Part shown: in pieces, positions 1 through 9,282 of the stretch
Layout of the letters: every line of letters starts with the position of its first letter
Position numbering within the stretch: the stretch's first letter is position 1
Source of the DNA: Spirochaetales bacterium
GTDB lineage: Bacteria > Spirochaetota > Spirochaetia > DSM-2461
DNA length: 64,000 nt
Direction: 5' to 3'
Assembly (NCBI GenBank): GCA_016936295.1
Contig: JAFGYD010000100.1
Coordinates: forward strand, 426 to 64,425
Made by a program: the position numbers and the translations under genes
The notes under the pieces: generated by a model
Database searches by the model: none
The model's input: only the letters and a program-made list of their open reading frames with translations
What the model was told of the DNA's origin: nothing

Positions 1-138
1 CATAGCTACACTATCTCCTACAAGAATTGTATCAATGTCACTCTCTTCAATAATTGATGCACTCCAGTAGTCATAACATGTAATCATAGAAATTTTCTGA
101 TTATCTGTTTTATATTTCTTAAAATCGTTTATGTTCAT
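1..138 (-). CDS. panB: 3-methyl-2-oxobutanoate hydroxymethyltransferase, 5' part (runs off the window edge)
   Basis: Manual translation [46 protein letters not shown] matches the PanB N-terminus (MxTxYD...LVGDS). ATGA overlap with the upstream gene. Confidence 0.92.
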   Translation of the reverse strand, partial: MNINDFKKYKTDNQKISMITCYDYWSASIIEESDIDTILVGDSVAM

Positions 139-839
139 TTTAGCTCCTTGTTATATGCTTTTTTAAAAAGCTTATATATATTTTTCCAAACTTTACTTTG
201 AAGAGATTTTATGTTTGTTCTGATTGTTTTTTTATCACCCCTTTTAATTGGTCCAGTTAAAGCGTTTTTATAATCAACTGTAAGATTGTTAAAGATCTGA
301 TTCATATAAGGATCAAGGGCTTGGGGAGGTAAATTCAATATATTATTAAAATCATTTTTAGCTTTTTGCCAGAGAATTGTTGTGAAGTTTCCAGATATAA
401 CACATAGAGCGTGATATACACCTTTATCTTCTGCTTTTACGGTAAAATAGGGATTTTGTAATTCCGGGAGTAAGGTTTTAAGAGGTTTTTCTCCTTCTAT
501 ACCAATAAATGGAATCGATTTATATGTTTCAAAATCGTATAGATTTTTTGAAAAAGTCATTAGAGGGTGCAGGCTAATTATCCCATTTATAGAGAGTGTT
601 CCGGAAAAATGAATTAATGTTTTTTCCCTTAATTTAGGGTGAGATTTAATAAACTCTTCTATAGCATCGTCGCTTATTAATATGATAATAATTGAGACAT
701 CTTTTAATTTAATTTCTGGGGAGTCTATATCTTTTTTTCTGCTCCAGTTGATATAGTTCATACCGGACAAATTAAGATAATGCATAAAATGTGTGGCAAC
801 CCTGCCACTTCCTATTACTCCCAAATTTTCATTTTTCAT
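135..839 (-). CDS. Rossmann-like/DUF2520 protein, probable PanG-type ketopantoate reductase
   Basis: GSGRVA nucleotide-binding motif, IHFSG, HPLMTF, YHALC and [10 protein letters not shown] motifs. Translationally coupled to panB. Confidence 0.8.
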   Translation of the reverse strand: MKNENLGVIGSGRVATHFMHYLNLSGMNYINWSRKKDIDSPEIKLKDVSIIIILISDDAIEEFIKSHPKLREKTLIHFSGTLSINGIISLHPLMTFSKNLYDFETYKSIPFIGIEGEKPLKTLLPELQNPYFTVKAEDKGVYHALCVISGNFTTILWQKAKNDFNNILNLPPQALDPYMNQIFNNLTVDYKNALTGPIKRGDKKTIRTNIKSLQSKVWKNIYKLFKKAYNKELK

Positions 840-899
840 GGTACCTGTCCTCTAAGAATCAAGTCCTAACTCGTACAAATTTGGATATTTTGATATATA

Positions 900-928
900 A
901 TTGTATTAATTGAAGGAATAAATGTCAA
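900..928 (-). promoter_or_regulatory. sigma70 promoter for the pan operon
   Basis: TTGACA-N17-TACAAT on the minus strand. Confidence 0.75.
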
Positions 929-970
929 TGTTCATTGATTGAATATTGAATTACACCATATAATAATAGT

Positions 971-2677
971 ATGAAGCGGGTTTTTTATCTCTTTATTATA
1001 CTTACTATTATCTCATGTGGAAATGTATCTTTGGAGACGGATCCAATAGTTATAAAAACTGTAGCCAATGGTGACGTTCTAAAATCCGGGGATTATTTTA
1101 ATATAACTTTTGATAAAATTAGTGATACTGTAATTGTTCACCCAGATACTGCAGCAATAACAATATCCTTTAATCCCGGGAGAGATGGCATAACTGCAGA
1201 ACCTCTGGAATATTCTATTGATTTAATTGATAACCCTGCACCTAAATTTCTTATAACCGATGACTTTATTGAAGGTTTATACTCAATGAATGTTAAAGTT
1301 TATGAAAAAGAAGATTTAGTATCTGAATTTTCCAGTGAATTTATTGTATTTAACGGAGAGCTAACTGGAGATGTCTCTAATTTATATCCATATAAAGATT
1401 TATATACTAACTCCAAAGTTATTTTAGAGAGTAGTATTTCTGCAAGTAGTTACATTGATCCATATTTAGTATGGAGTCATGATGGAGTTGTTTTTACTCA
1501 GGGTTATCTTTCTGAAGGTTTAGATACCGTTATTTGGGATACAGGAGAAAGTTATGGTTTTATTGATATAAAACTTGAGTTATATCCATACAAGTTAGAG
1601 TCTATAAATAGTACTACATATAATTTTATAGATTTTTCATTTGCTGTTAACCCTATAACAAACCAATTATTTGATTCTTCATTTTTATCACAATACTTAA
1701 AGGTTCTGTTTTTTAATGGGAACTATATAGATGAAAATAATAAGACCTTATCGTTAACACTACATGGTGAAATGAAACCTCTGGTTTTAGGAAACTTTTT
1801 TGGAATGGAGATTAATAAAGAAACAGGATTCACATCCTATGACTCAATATTTAAGCAGAGGGCAGAAGATGGAATATTTGAAAGTTCTTCTTTGATAATG
1901 GAGATAATACCTGTTAGTAATACCAATGGAAATATTTTATATGCAAAACACAATGGTTTAATTTCTACTGTTTTTAGTGAATCTGGATTATTGTATCATG
2001 AATTTGGTAGTGAAACCCAAGAACTTAAACGGGTTTTAATTGGTACTTATAATCTTGGGCTACCTGTAAATTTAATTATCAGTTTTGTAAAAGATTCTAC
2101 TGGTTTTACAATGCATTATTATTTAAACGGGCAACATGTAAATATGTCTGATTGGGATTTTGCCAATGGTTTAACAGAGGGTGGTGTTCCTATAACAAGT
2201 TACATAACCCTTGGAGGAAGTAAAGATATTCCGGGATTTAACTCTGTTCTGGATCTCTTTATGGTTTATTACCAAGATTCTAACGGTGATAATAATATCT
2301 TTAACATTGGTTCATTAAACAGTGCAGAATATATCTTGTTTGAAGATTTTACTTCAATTTTAGTTCCAGAAAACTTAATAGGAGTAGGACTCTCAAATGG
2401 AGAAACCCTAGAAGTTGAAGTGGATTCCGTTTTAAGTTACCCATTAGCATTTGACAATATTGAAAATTTTCTCCTAGAAATTAAGGGTGGGGATAATATT
2501 GTTGTTAAACTATATAATCAAGACAATTATATAGAAATACCTAAAAATGAAGAAACCATAATAATTGATTCTCTTAAATATAAGGGTTTTATTGGGTTTG
2601 ACATTCTATGTAAAGAGAAAACTTTTATTGATTATATAAAATTAAAAAAAGTGGAACCTCTAATTGAGAATAAATAG
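971..2677 (+). CDS. Putative lipoprotein with a possible LamG/concanavalin-like beta-sandwich region
   Basis: Lipobox-like IISC. YYLNG...ITLGG...FNSVLDLFMVY resembles the LamG pattern. Confidence 0.55.
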   Translation: MKRVFYLFIILTIISCGNVSLETDPIVIKTVANGDVLKSGDYFNITFDKISDTVIVHPDTAAITISFNPGRDGITAEPLEYSIDLIDNPAPKFLITDDFIEGLYSMNVKVYEKEDLVSEFSSEFIVFNGELTGDVSNLYPYKDLYTNSKVILESSISASSYIDPYLVWSHDGVVFTQGYLSEGLDTVIWDTGESYGFIDIKLELYPYKLESINSTTYNFIDFSFAVNPITNQLFDSSFLSQYLKVLFFNGNYIDENNKTLSLTLHGEMKPLVLGNFFGMEINKETGFTSYDSIFKQRAEDGIFESSSLIMEIIPVSNTNGNILYAKHNGLISTVFSESGLLYHEFGSETQELKRVLIGTYNLGLPVNLIISFVKDSTGFTMHYYLNGQHVNMSDWDFANGLTEGGVPITSYITLGGSKDIPGFNSVLDLFMVYYQDSNGDNNIFNIGSLNSAEYILFEDFTSILVPENLIGVGLSNGETLEVEVDSVLSYPLAFDNIENFLLEIKGGDNIVVKLYNQDNYIEIPKNEETIIIDSLKYKGFIGFDILCKEKTFIDYIKLKKVEPLIENK

Positions 2678-3974
2678 AATACTAATCTTTTGTTTAATTT
2701 TTATTTCTGTCTCGTGTAAAACAAATAAAAGACCATTGTGGATTGATAATCCTCCTCCTAACGATGAGTTGAATATTTATATTGTTGCATTTGGCTCTGA
2801 AAATAGGGTGTTAGAGTTAGCTGTTGATGCTCTTTTTAAAATGCTTGAACTTCAAGAAAATAGTTATTTAAAGAGGATATTGCTAAACGAGTTAGAGTTA
2901 TCCTATAAAAAATCTGTTAAGACAGATGCTTCGGTCATTGATAGTTGGATTTCCGATGATAAGACAACATATATTCTAACCAGATTCTCCAGGAAAAGGT
3001 TTGATTCTATGTTTACTTTATATAAAACACAAATTGATGAGATTGAATCGTATATAAATGTTTTTGAAGAGAGTGGTGATCTCTACTATTTAAATGGTGA
3101 ATATTATGCCGCTTACTTAAATTACATTGAATCAATAGATGAGATGATAGGACTAAACGATGAATTTTATACCATGCCTATTATACGATTATTGGGAAAA
3201 CTGACTTCAATACTTCAGGGATTTGAATTTTATAATATTGAAACATTTTCCCTCTTGAAAACCGGAGAAAAAACTCTACCTAACAGATTATTTTTTAATG
3301 TAAAAAGTGGGTATAATGGTTTTATCTATACAGTTGCCTTTCAAGAAGATAGTGAACTTAGAAGTAGAGTTGCCCATATTCCTATTAGCAATAATCAATT
3401 TGAATTTATTCCTGCTATTCCAAGAATATCTTTAGAATATAATATAGGTGGTAATTTGGATTTTCCAATAATCTCCTCCAAGTTAGTAACATGGGAGAGC
3501 CAGAAGAATTTAAGTTTATATATAAATGATTTAAGGGATACAATTAGTTCTACAATAAAAAAATCCAGTATAAACTTTAACTATTCCGCTAATTATGCAA
3601 TAGGTCTTGAACCTAAGTTAGTAGCTTTGGAAAATGAATATTTAAAAGAGGGATTATTTAAAGCGTTTAATTTAAATAATATTGAGGTTGTAGAGTTACC
3701 TGTTCCTGATAAGAATACTAATCCGTTACTCTATTACAGAGGGTTAAGAAAAGATTCTAATGAATTTTCTCGATACATAATAATTGAAGATGATCTACAA
3801 ATAGCTAATGGTAATATTCTATTTAAGTACTCTATTTTAGATTTGCAAAGTGAGATTAAAATATATAGTAATCTATTTTCTACTACATATAACATTGATG
3901 AAGAAGAGCTAAATAGTAAACTATTAGAAGTAGGGGAAGCTATTGGGAACGAATTATACTCCCTTAAATTTTAA
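2664..3974 (+). CDS. Putative lipoprotein, function unknown
   Basis: 436-aa ORF with signal peptide and SVSC lipobox, followed by RPLWI (LPP20-like start). Confidence 0.6.
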   Translation: MRINRILIFCLIFISVSCKTNKRPLWIDNPPPNDELNIYIVAFGSENRVLELAVDALFKMLELQENSYLKRILLNELELSYKKSVKTDASVIDSWISDDKTTYILTRFSRKRFDSMFTLYKTQIDEIESYINVFEESGDLYYLNGEYYAAYLNYIESIDEMIGLNDEFYTMPIIRLLGKLTSILQGFEFYNIETFSLLKTGEKTLPNRLFFNVKSGYNGFIYTVAFQEDSELRSRVAHIPISNNQFEFIPAIPRISLEYNIGGNLDFPIISSKLVTWESQKNLSLYINDLRDTISSTIKKSSINFNYSANYAIGLEPKLVALENEYLKEGLFKAFNLNNIEVVELPVPDKNTNPLLYYRGLRKDSNEFSRYIIIEDDLQIANGNILFKYSILDLQSEIKIYSNLFSTTYNIDEEELNSKLLEVGEAIGNELYSLKF

Positions 3975-4028
3975 TATTCTCTTATTTCCAATCTTTAAAG
4001 AGTTTTTGTTTTAATATATTCTTCTCTT

Positions 4029-5393
4029 ATGAAAAATTTTAATTACGATACCGATGATCTTATTGTTGCATTGGCAACTCCATGGGCTGAGAGTGCATTA
4101 GCAATTATTAGAACCAGTGGGAAGAATTCAATTGAGATGACATCTGGTATTTTTTCAAATAGAGAAATGCTGATAGAAGCAAAACATAATACCATGAATT
4201 ATGGTTTTATAATAGATCCTGAAACAGAAGAAAAAATTGACGAGGTTTTGATTTCTGTATTTAGGGCTCCTAATGGTTATACTGGACAGGACAGCACCGA
4301 GGTCTATTGTCATGGAAGCCTTCCGGGGATTAGAAAAATTATAGAGGCTTTTAAAAAAGTGGGTTTTAGGGATGCATCCCCTGGAGAATTTACATTTAGA
4401 GCATTTACCAGTGGAAAAATGGACCTAACTAGAGCCGAAGCTGTACAGGATATAGTAAGTGCAAAGTCTAGAGAGGCTCAATCTTTAGCTCTTAATAGAC
4501 TTTCCGGAGGGATTGAAAGCCGAATTAACGAGGTAAAGAAATATGTTTTAAATACTGTTTCTGCCATTGAAATTCAGCTGGATTATCCAGAAGATGAAGG
4601 TGGTTTAGCCTATGTTCCAGTAGGTGATATATTAAAAGCAGAGACAATTATAGAGAGATTATTAGCAACATATAAAGCTGGAAAAGTTTATAAAGATGGT
4701 GTTAAGGTTGTTCTTGCTGGTAAGACAAATGCTGGGAAATCATCACTATTTAATCTGTTTTTACAGGAGGATAGGTCTATAGTCTCGGAAATCCATGGAA
4801 CAACAAGGGACTATTTAGAATCATGGATCTCAATTGGTGGAATCCCTGTCAAATTATACGATACAGCTGGAATTAGGGTTTCTGCAGATCTTATAGAGAT
4901 GGAAGGAATTAAGAGAACCCAGAATATTGTTGAGAATGCAGATGTTGTTTTATATATGGTCGATGGTACAAAGGGTCTGCAGGAGGATGAAGTAGAGTCT
5001 TTTGAAAAATATAGAAATAAGAATAACTTTATAGCTCTTTGGAGTAAAACAGATATTAAGGGTGTTATTCCTCCAGAAGGATTTTTAGGTATTAGTAGCC
5101 AAGATCAAAATGGATTTGCAGCCCTGGAAGACAAGATAAAAGATATAATTTTTAACGGTGCCTTTATTAAAGGAGATGAAGCCGTTTTAGATTCTGAGAG
5201 ACAAAAAAATCTCTTGGAAAAATGCCTGGAAGAGTTAAAACTTTTTAGACAGGGAATGGAAGATGGTGTGCCCCTTGATTTAGTGGCTCAGGATATTAAA
5301 GAGGCATTGGATTGTTTAGGTGAAATTACTGGCGAAGTTACAACATCTGACCTTCTTGAAAATATGTTCTCTCAGTTTTGTGTAGGTAAATAA
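4029..5393 (+). CDS. mnmE: tRNA modification GTPase MnmE
   Basis: GKTNAGKSS, GTTRD, DTAG and C-terminal FCVGK. Confidence 0.97.
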   Translation: MKNFNYDTDDLIVALATPWAESALAIIRTSGKNSIEMTSGIFSNREMLIEAKHNTMNYGFIIDPETEEKIDEVLISVFRAPNGYTGQDSTEVYCHGSLPGIRKIIEAFKKVGFRDASPGEFTFRAFTSGKMDLTRAEAVQDIVSAKSREAQSLALNRLSGGIESRINEVKKYVLNTVSAIEIQLDYPEDEGGLAYVPVGDILKAETIIERLLATYKAGKVYKDGVKVVLAGKTNAGKSSLFNLFLQEDRSIVSEIHGTTRDYLESWISIGGIPVKLYDTAGIRVSADLIEMEGIKRTQNIVENADVVLYMVDGTKGLQEDEVESFEKYRNKNNFIALWSKTDIKGVIPPEGFLGISSQDQNGFAALEDKIKDIIFNGAFIKGDEAVLDSERQKNLLEKCLEELKLFRQGMEDGVPLDLVAQDIKEALDCLGEITGEVTTSDLLENMFSQFCVGK

Positions 5394-5395
5394 AT

Positions 5396-7246
5396 ATGGA
5401 TTATGATTCAATAGTTGTTGGTGCAGGTCATGCAGGAATTGAGGCTTCTTTAGCTTTAGCAAGAATGGGTTTTAAAACTCTTTTAATAACTCAAAATCTG
5501 GATCAGATAGGAAAGCTTTCTTGTAACCCTGCAATTGGTGGTTTAGCTAAAGGTAATATGGTTAGGGAAATTGATGCTTTAGGTGGAGAAATGGCTAAAC
5601 TTATAGATGCATCAATGATTCAGTTTAGAATTCTTAACCAAAGTAGAGGTCCTGCTGTTCAAGCTCCAAGAGCTCAAGCAGATAGATTTTTATATCAAAA
5701 ATTAGCAAAAAAAGCTGTAGAAACTCAGCCTGGACTTTCAGTTTTTCAAGATACTGTTACAGGACTTATATCAAGTAGTGATAATAAAATTTGCCAAGGA
5801 GTTATTACCGAAAGAGGTAACAGAATTACTGCAAAAAGTGTAATAATTTCGGCTGGTACATTTATGGAAGGTAAGATCTTTATTGGGAAATATACCGCTT
5901 TAAATGGTCGATTGGGTGAACTTTCTGCAATTGGTTTAGGTGCACATTTAAGAGAGAGAGGTTTTACTCTGGGGCGTATGAAAACCGGAACACCTGCCAG
6001 AATTAAAAAAACATCTATAGATTTTAGTAAAATGGAAGAGCAGAGTGGCGATGCTACAATGTATCCATTCTCATTTAGCTACGATGAAGTAAAAGATAGA
6101 CCCTATGTTCCATGTTATATAACATATACAAATGAAGAGACCCATAGAATAATAGATGCAAATATGCATTTATCTCCACTTTATGGAGGTGATATTGTGG
6201 GGAAAGGTCCTAGATATTGTCCATCTATTGAGGACAAGGTTAAGAAATTTCCAGATAGAAACCGGCATCAGATATTTATAGAACCAGAGGGATTAGACAC
6301 CGATGAAATGTATATGAATGGAATATCTTCATCTCTTCCGGAGCATGTTCAAGAGGAGTTTATTAGAACTCTGCCAGGGTTAGAGAATGTTGAAATTATG
6401 CGTCCTGGATATGCTGTTGAATATGATTATGTAGAACCAACAACTTTATATCCTACCTTAGAGTCAAAGATTATGAGTGGTTTGTATTTTGCAGGACAGA
6501 CAAATGGTACTTCGGGATACGAAGAGGCAGGTGTTCAAGGACTTTTAGCTGGAATTAATGCTGGTTTAAAAATGAAAGGTGAAGAACCTCTTATTTTAAA
6601 TAGAGCTGAATCCTATGCTGGTGTTTTAATTGACGATCTGGTAACTTTAGGAACAGATGAACCTTATAGAATGTTTACATCCAGAGCCGAATACAGGCTT
6701 AATTTAAGGCATGATGCTGCTGACATTCGTTTGTTTGAAAAGGGTCAGAGAGCTGGCTTAAGAACAAAAGAGGATGTTGAAAAATTCAAAGAAAAAGTTA
6801 AGAACATAGACGCAATAAAAGATCTTTTAAAAGAGGGTCGAGTTAAGAAAAACATTTTGAATGATGTAATAAAAGAGAATGCGTTAGGGAAAACTTTTTA
6901 TGATCTTGTGAAGGACCCCGATGTTACAATACATAACATAAAGTCAGTACTTCCAGAGTTAGCTGGATATTCTGACCCTCTATTAGACCATGTTGAGCTT
7001 GATATTAAGTATGAAGGTTATATTGTTAAGCAGAATCAACAGGTTAATAGATTTATGAAAATGGAAAGTGTAAGAATCCCATTGGATTTTAATTACGATG
7101 CTATTGAGGGAATTTCTAATGAATCCCGGGAGAAGTTAAAAAAAATACAACCACTAAGTGTTGGACAAGCGTCCAGAATTTCGGGAGTAAGAACCTCGGA
7201 TATTGCTGTATTGCTGTTAATGCTTGGTAAAGGCGGTAAAAAATAG
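5396..7246 (+). CDS. mnmG: tRNA uridine 5-carboxymethylaminomethyl modification enzyme MnmG (GidA)
   Basis: GAGHAG, SCNPAIGG, GPRYCPSIEDK and YRMFTSRAEYRL. Confidence 0.98.
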   Translation: MDYDSIVVGAGHAGIEASLALARMGFKTLLITQNLDQIGKLSCNPAIGGLAKGNMVREIDALGGEMAKLIDASMIQFRILNQSRGPAVQAPRAQADRFLYQKLAKKAVETQPGLSVFQDTVTGLISSSDNKICQGVITERGNRITAKSVIISAGTFMEGKIFIGKYTALNGRLGELSAIGLGAHLRERGFTLGRMKTGTPARIKKTSIDFSKMEEQSGDATMYPFSFSYDEVKDRPYVPCYITYTNEETHRIIDANMHLSPLYGGDIVGKGPRYCPSIEDKVKKFPDRNRHQIFIEPEGLDTDEMYMNGISSSLPEHVQEEFIRTLPGLENVEIMRPGYAVEYDYVEPTTLYPTLESKIMSGLYFAGQTNGTSGYEEAGVQGLLAGINAGLKMKGEEPLILNRAESYAGVLIDDLVTLGTDEPYRMFTSRAEYRLNLRHDAADIRLFEKGQRAGLRTKEDVEKFKEKVKNIDAIKDLLKEGRVKKNILNDVIKENALGKTFYDLVKDPDVTIHNIKSVLPELAGYSDPLLDHVELDIKYEGYIVKQNQQVNRFMKMESVRIPLDFNYDAIEGISNESREKLKKIQPLSVGQASRISGVRTSDIAVLLLMLGKGGKK

Positions 7247-7863
7247 TGTCTATTTTACTTGATGGATTATTAGAGCTAAAATTGGACTATACCCCTGCAC
7301 AGTTAAATTTGATTGAGGAGTATATTGAAGAAGTTATGCTTTTTAATCCAAAGTATGGACTTGTAAATGCTACAGGGGATACTTTTATCATTAAGCATAT
7401 ATTAGACTCCCTCTCCGGAGTTAATCATATTAAAAGCTTTAAGCCACAAACAATTGCAGACGTTGGTTCTGGGGGTGGCTTCCCAGGTATTCTTTTGGGA
7501 ATAATGTTCCCAGATGTTGAGTTTGATTTAATTGAAAGATCTGGGAAACGATGCAATTTTTTAAGAAATGCAATTGTTTCACTGGGTATTAAAAATGTTA
7601 AAGTAAGGGAATTGGCAGTTGAAGATATTAAAGAAAAATTCGATTTAGTAACTTTTAGAGCCTTTACACCAATGGAAAAACCTATAACTGAGTGTCTTCT
7701 GTCTATTTTAAGCGAAAAAGGGTATATCTTTGCATATAAAGGTAAAGAAATTACCATAAGAGAAGAGTTAGAAGAGATAAAACAATTAATCTCTTTTTCA
7801 AATATAATAAATGTTAAAGTTCCATTTCTGGATGATGAAAGGAACTTTCTGGTTCTAAAATAA
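7246..7863 (+). CDS. rsmG: 16S rRNA m7G527 methyltransferase RsmG (GidB)
   Basis: HILDS, DVGSGGGFPG and VTFRA motifs. Follows mnmG. Confidence 0.95.
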   Translation: MSILLDGLLELKLDYTPAQLNLIEEYIEEVMLFNPKYGLVNATGDTFIIKHILDSLSGVNHIKSFKPQTIADVGSGGGFPGILLGIMFPDVEFDLIERSGKRCNFLRNAIVSLGIKNVKVRELAVEDIKEKFDLVTFRAFTPMEKPITECLLSILSEKGYIFAYKGKEITIREELEEIKQLISFSNIINVKVPFLDDERNFLVLK

Positions 7864-7870
7864 TTAACTC

Positions 7871-9214
7871 TTACATATCTACTTTATTTAGGTATGTAAG
7901 AAGTTTGTTTTTATCTACAAGGTCTATAAGTCTAGCCTCTACAAAACTTTGAGCACCTTCTGAGTAACTTCCTATGGTAAAGCAAAACCCACGACCCGCC
8001 CTTGTGTCTTTAAGTCTTGCATAGAGTTCTCTTATTATCAGCTCCCCTACATCACCTTCGGTTCTCATAAATTTAAAAAGAATTATATCTTCCCATTTCT
8101 TATTTTTAACTTCCGCTACAATTTCAATAAATTCAGAACTACCCTGAACGATATCTGTAATTTTAATAGATGATTTGGAAAAAATTACTTGTACTATATT
8201 TTTACAAAGGTTTACAAATTCAGGGGTTTGTGAATTTAGGTATATCCCCAGGTTTTTATTTGTTGATAACTCTTTGAATCTATTTAAAAGATTTGGAACA
8301 TCTTTATAGTTTGGAGAAAGAGTATTTACTTTTTTTAGATTATTTATAGACTCTTCATGCTGGCCAGTTTTTGCAAAAACTAGTGCTAGCCTATAATGCA
8401 TCTCAATTTTAATATCTGTAGCTATGCTTTTATGACGTAAGCCCACTTCGAAATCTACAATAGCATCGTCGTAGTTTCTTTGGGATGTATTTATTGTCCC
8501 TGCAAAAAGTGCTGCATTTGGTCCCCATACAGGATCCTGCCTAAGACCGGAGAAAAGCTTTAAAGCCCTATCTGTCTGGTTTGCTTTTTGGCAACATTTA
8601 GCAAAGTTAAATATAGTCTCTTTATCGTTGTAATCTGCTTCCACAGCTTTAGCAAGGTGAGGGTAGGCTAATTTATAATCTTTTAATTTAAAAAAACTTA
8701 GACCTAAATACTTTCTTGTATCAATATCTCCAGGTTTTTCTTCAACACATTTTTTTAAAAGTCCTGCAGATTTATCATATTTTTTTAATTTATATTCTAT
8801 TTTCCCAAGAGTTGAATTCAGAGTGTAATTTTCTTTGTCTAAACTCCAGGAGAAAAGAAGAGACTTGTATGCCGTTTCAATTGAATTTAAATTATATGCA
8901 CACATTCCATATCTGAAATTTATTAAACCCTGATCTAATGTTGTATGAGTTGCACAAAGATCCAATAAAATCCTATATGTTTGTAATGCTTTCTCAAAGT
9001 TATTTTCATTATAATATATATCTGCTAAAATCAGTAATGCTGAAGGATCTCTAGGATTATGAGCTAGTTTACGTGTTGCTTCCTTTAAAAGAGTTTTTTT
9101 ATCTTTTTTAGGCTCTACTTTAATCCCTGTTTTATTTTTAAAATATACAATGATTAAAGCTGTTGCAGCAATAACCACCATAAGAATAATTATGGCTATA
9201 AAATTTGCATTCAT
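7871..9214 (-). CDS. Membrane-anchored TPR protein with a C-terminal restriction-endonuclease-like (Mrr-type) domain
   Basis: N-terminal TM helix, multiple TPR helix pairs, and C-terminal VGELIIRELY...GFCFTIGSYSEGA...IDLVD. Confidence 0.75.
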   Translation of the reverse strand: MNANFIAIIILMVVIAATALIIVYFKNKTGIKVEPKKDKKTLLKEATRKLAHNPRDPSALLILADIYYNENNFEKALQTYRILLDLCATHTTLDQGLINFRYGMCAYNLNSIETAYKSLLFSWSLDKENYTLNSTLGKIEYKLKKYDKSAGLLKKCVEEKPGDIDTRKYLGLSFFKLKDYKLAYPHLAKAVEADYNDKETIFNFAKCCQKANQTDRALKLFSGLRQDPVWGPNAALFAGTINTSQRNYDDAIVDFEVGLRHKSIATDIKIEMHYRLALVFAKTGQHEESINNLKKVNTLSPNYKDVPNLLNRFKELSTNKNLGIYLNSQTPEFVNLCKNIVQVIFSKSSIKITDIVQGSSEFIEIVAEVKNKKWEDIILFKFMRTEGDVGELIIRELYARLKDTRAGRGFCFTIGSYSEGAQSFVEARLIDLVDKNKLLTYLNKVDM

Positions 9215-9282
9215 ATGATATTATGATATCAGTGATCTTTAAATGTCAAGAAAGTTAAAGAAATAGGGTATGAAAGGTACAA

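Noticed and set aside
4029-7863. Possible replication origin near mnmE-mnmG-rsmG
   Set aside because: No dnaA, dnaN or parAB genes and no cluster of TTATCCACA boxes were seen in the flanking intergenic DNA.
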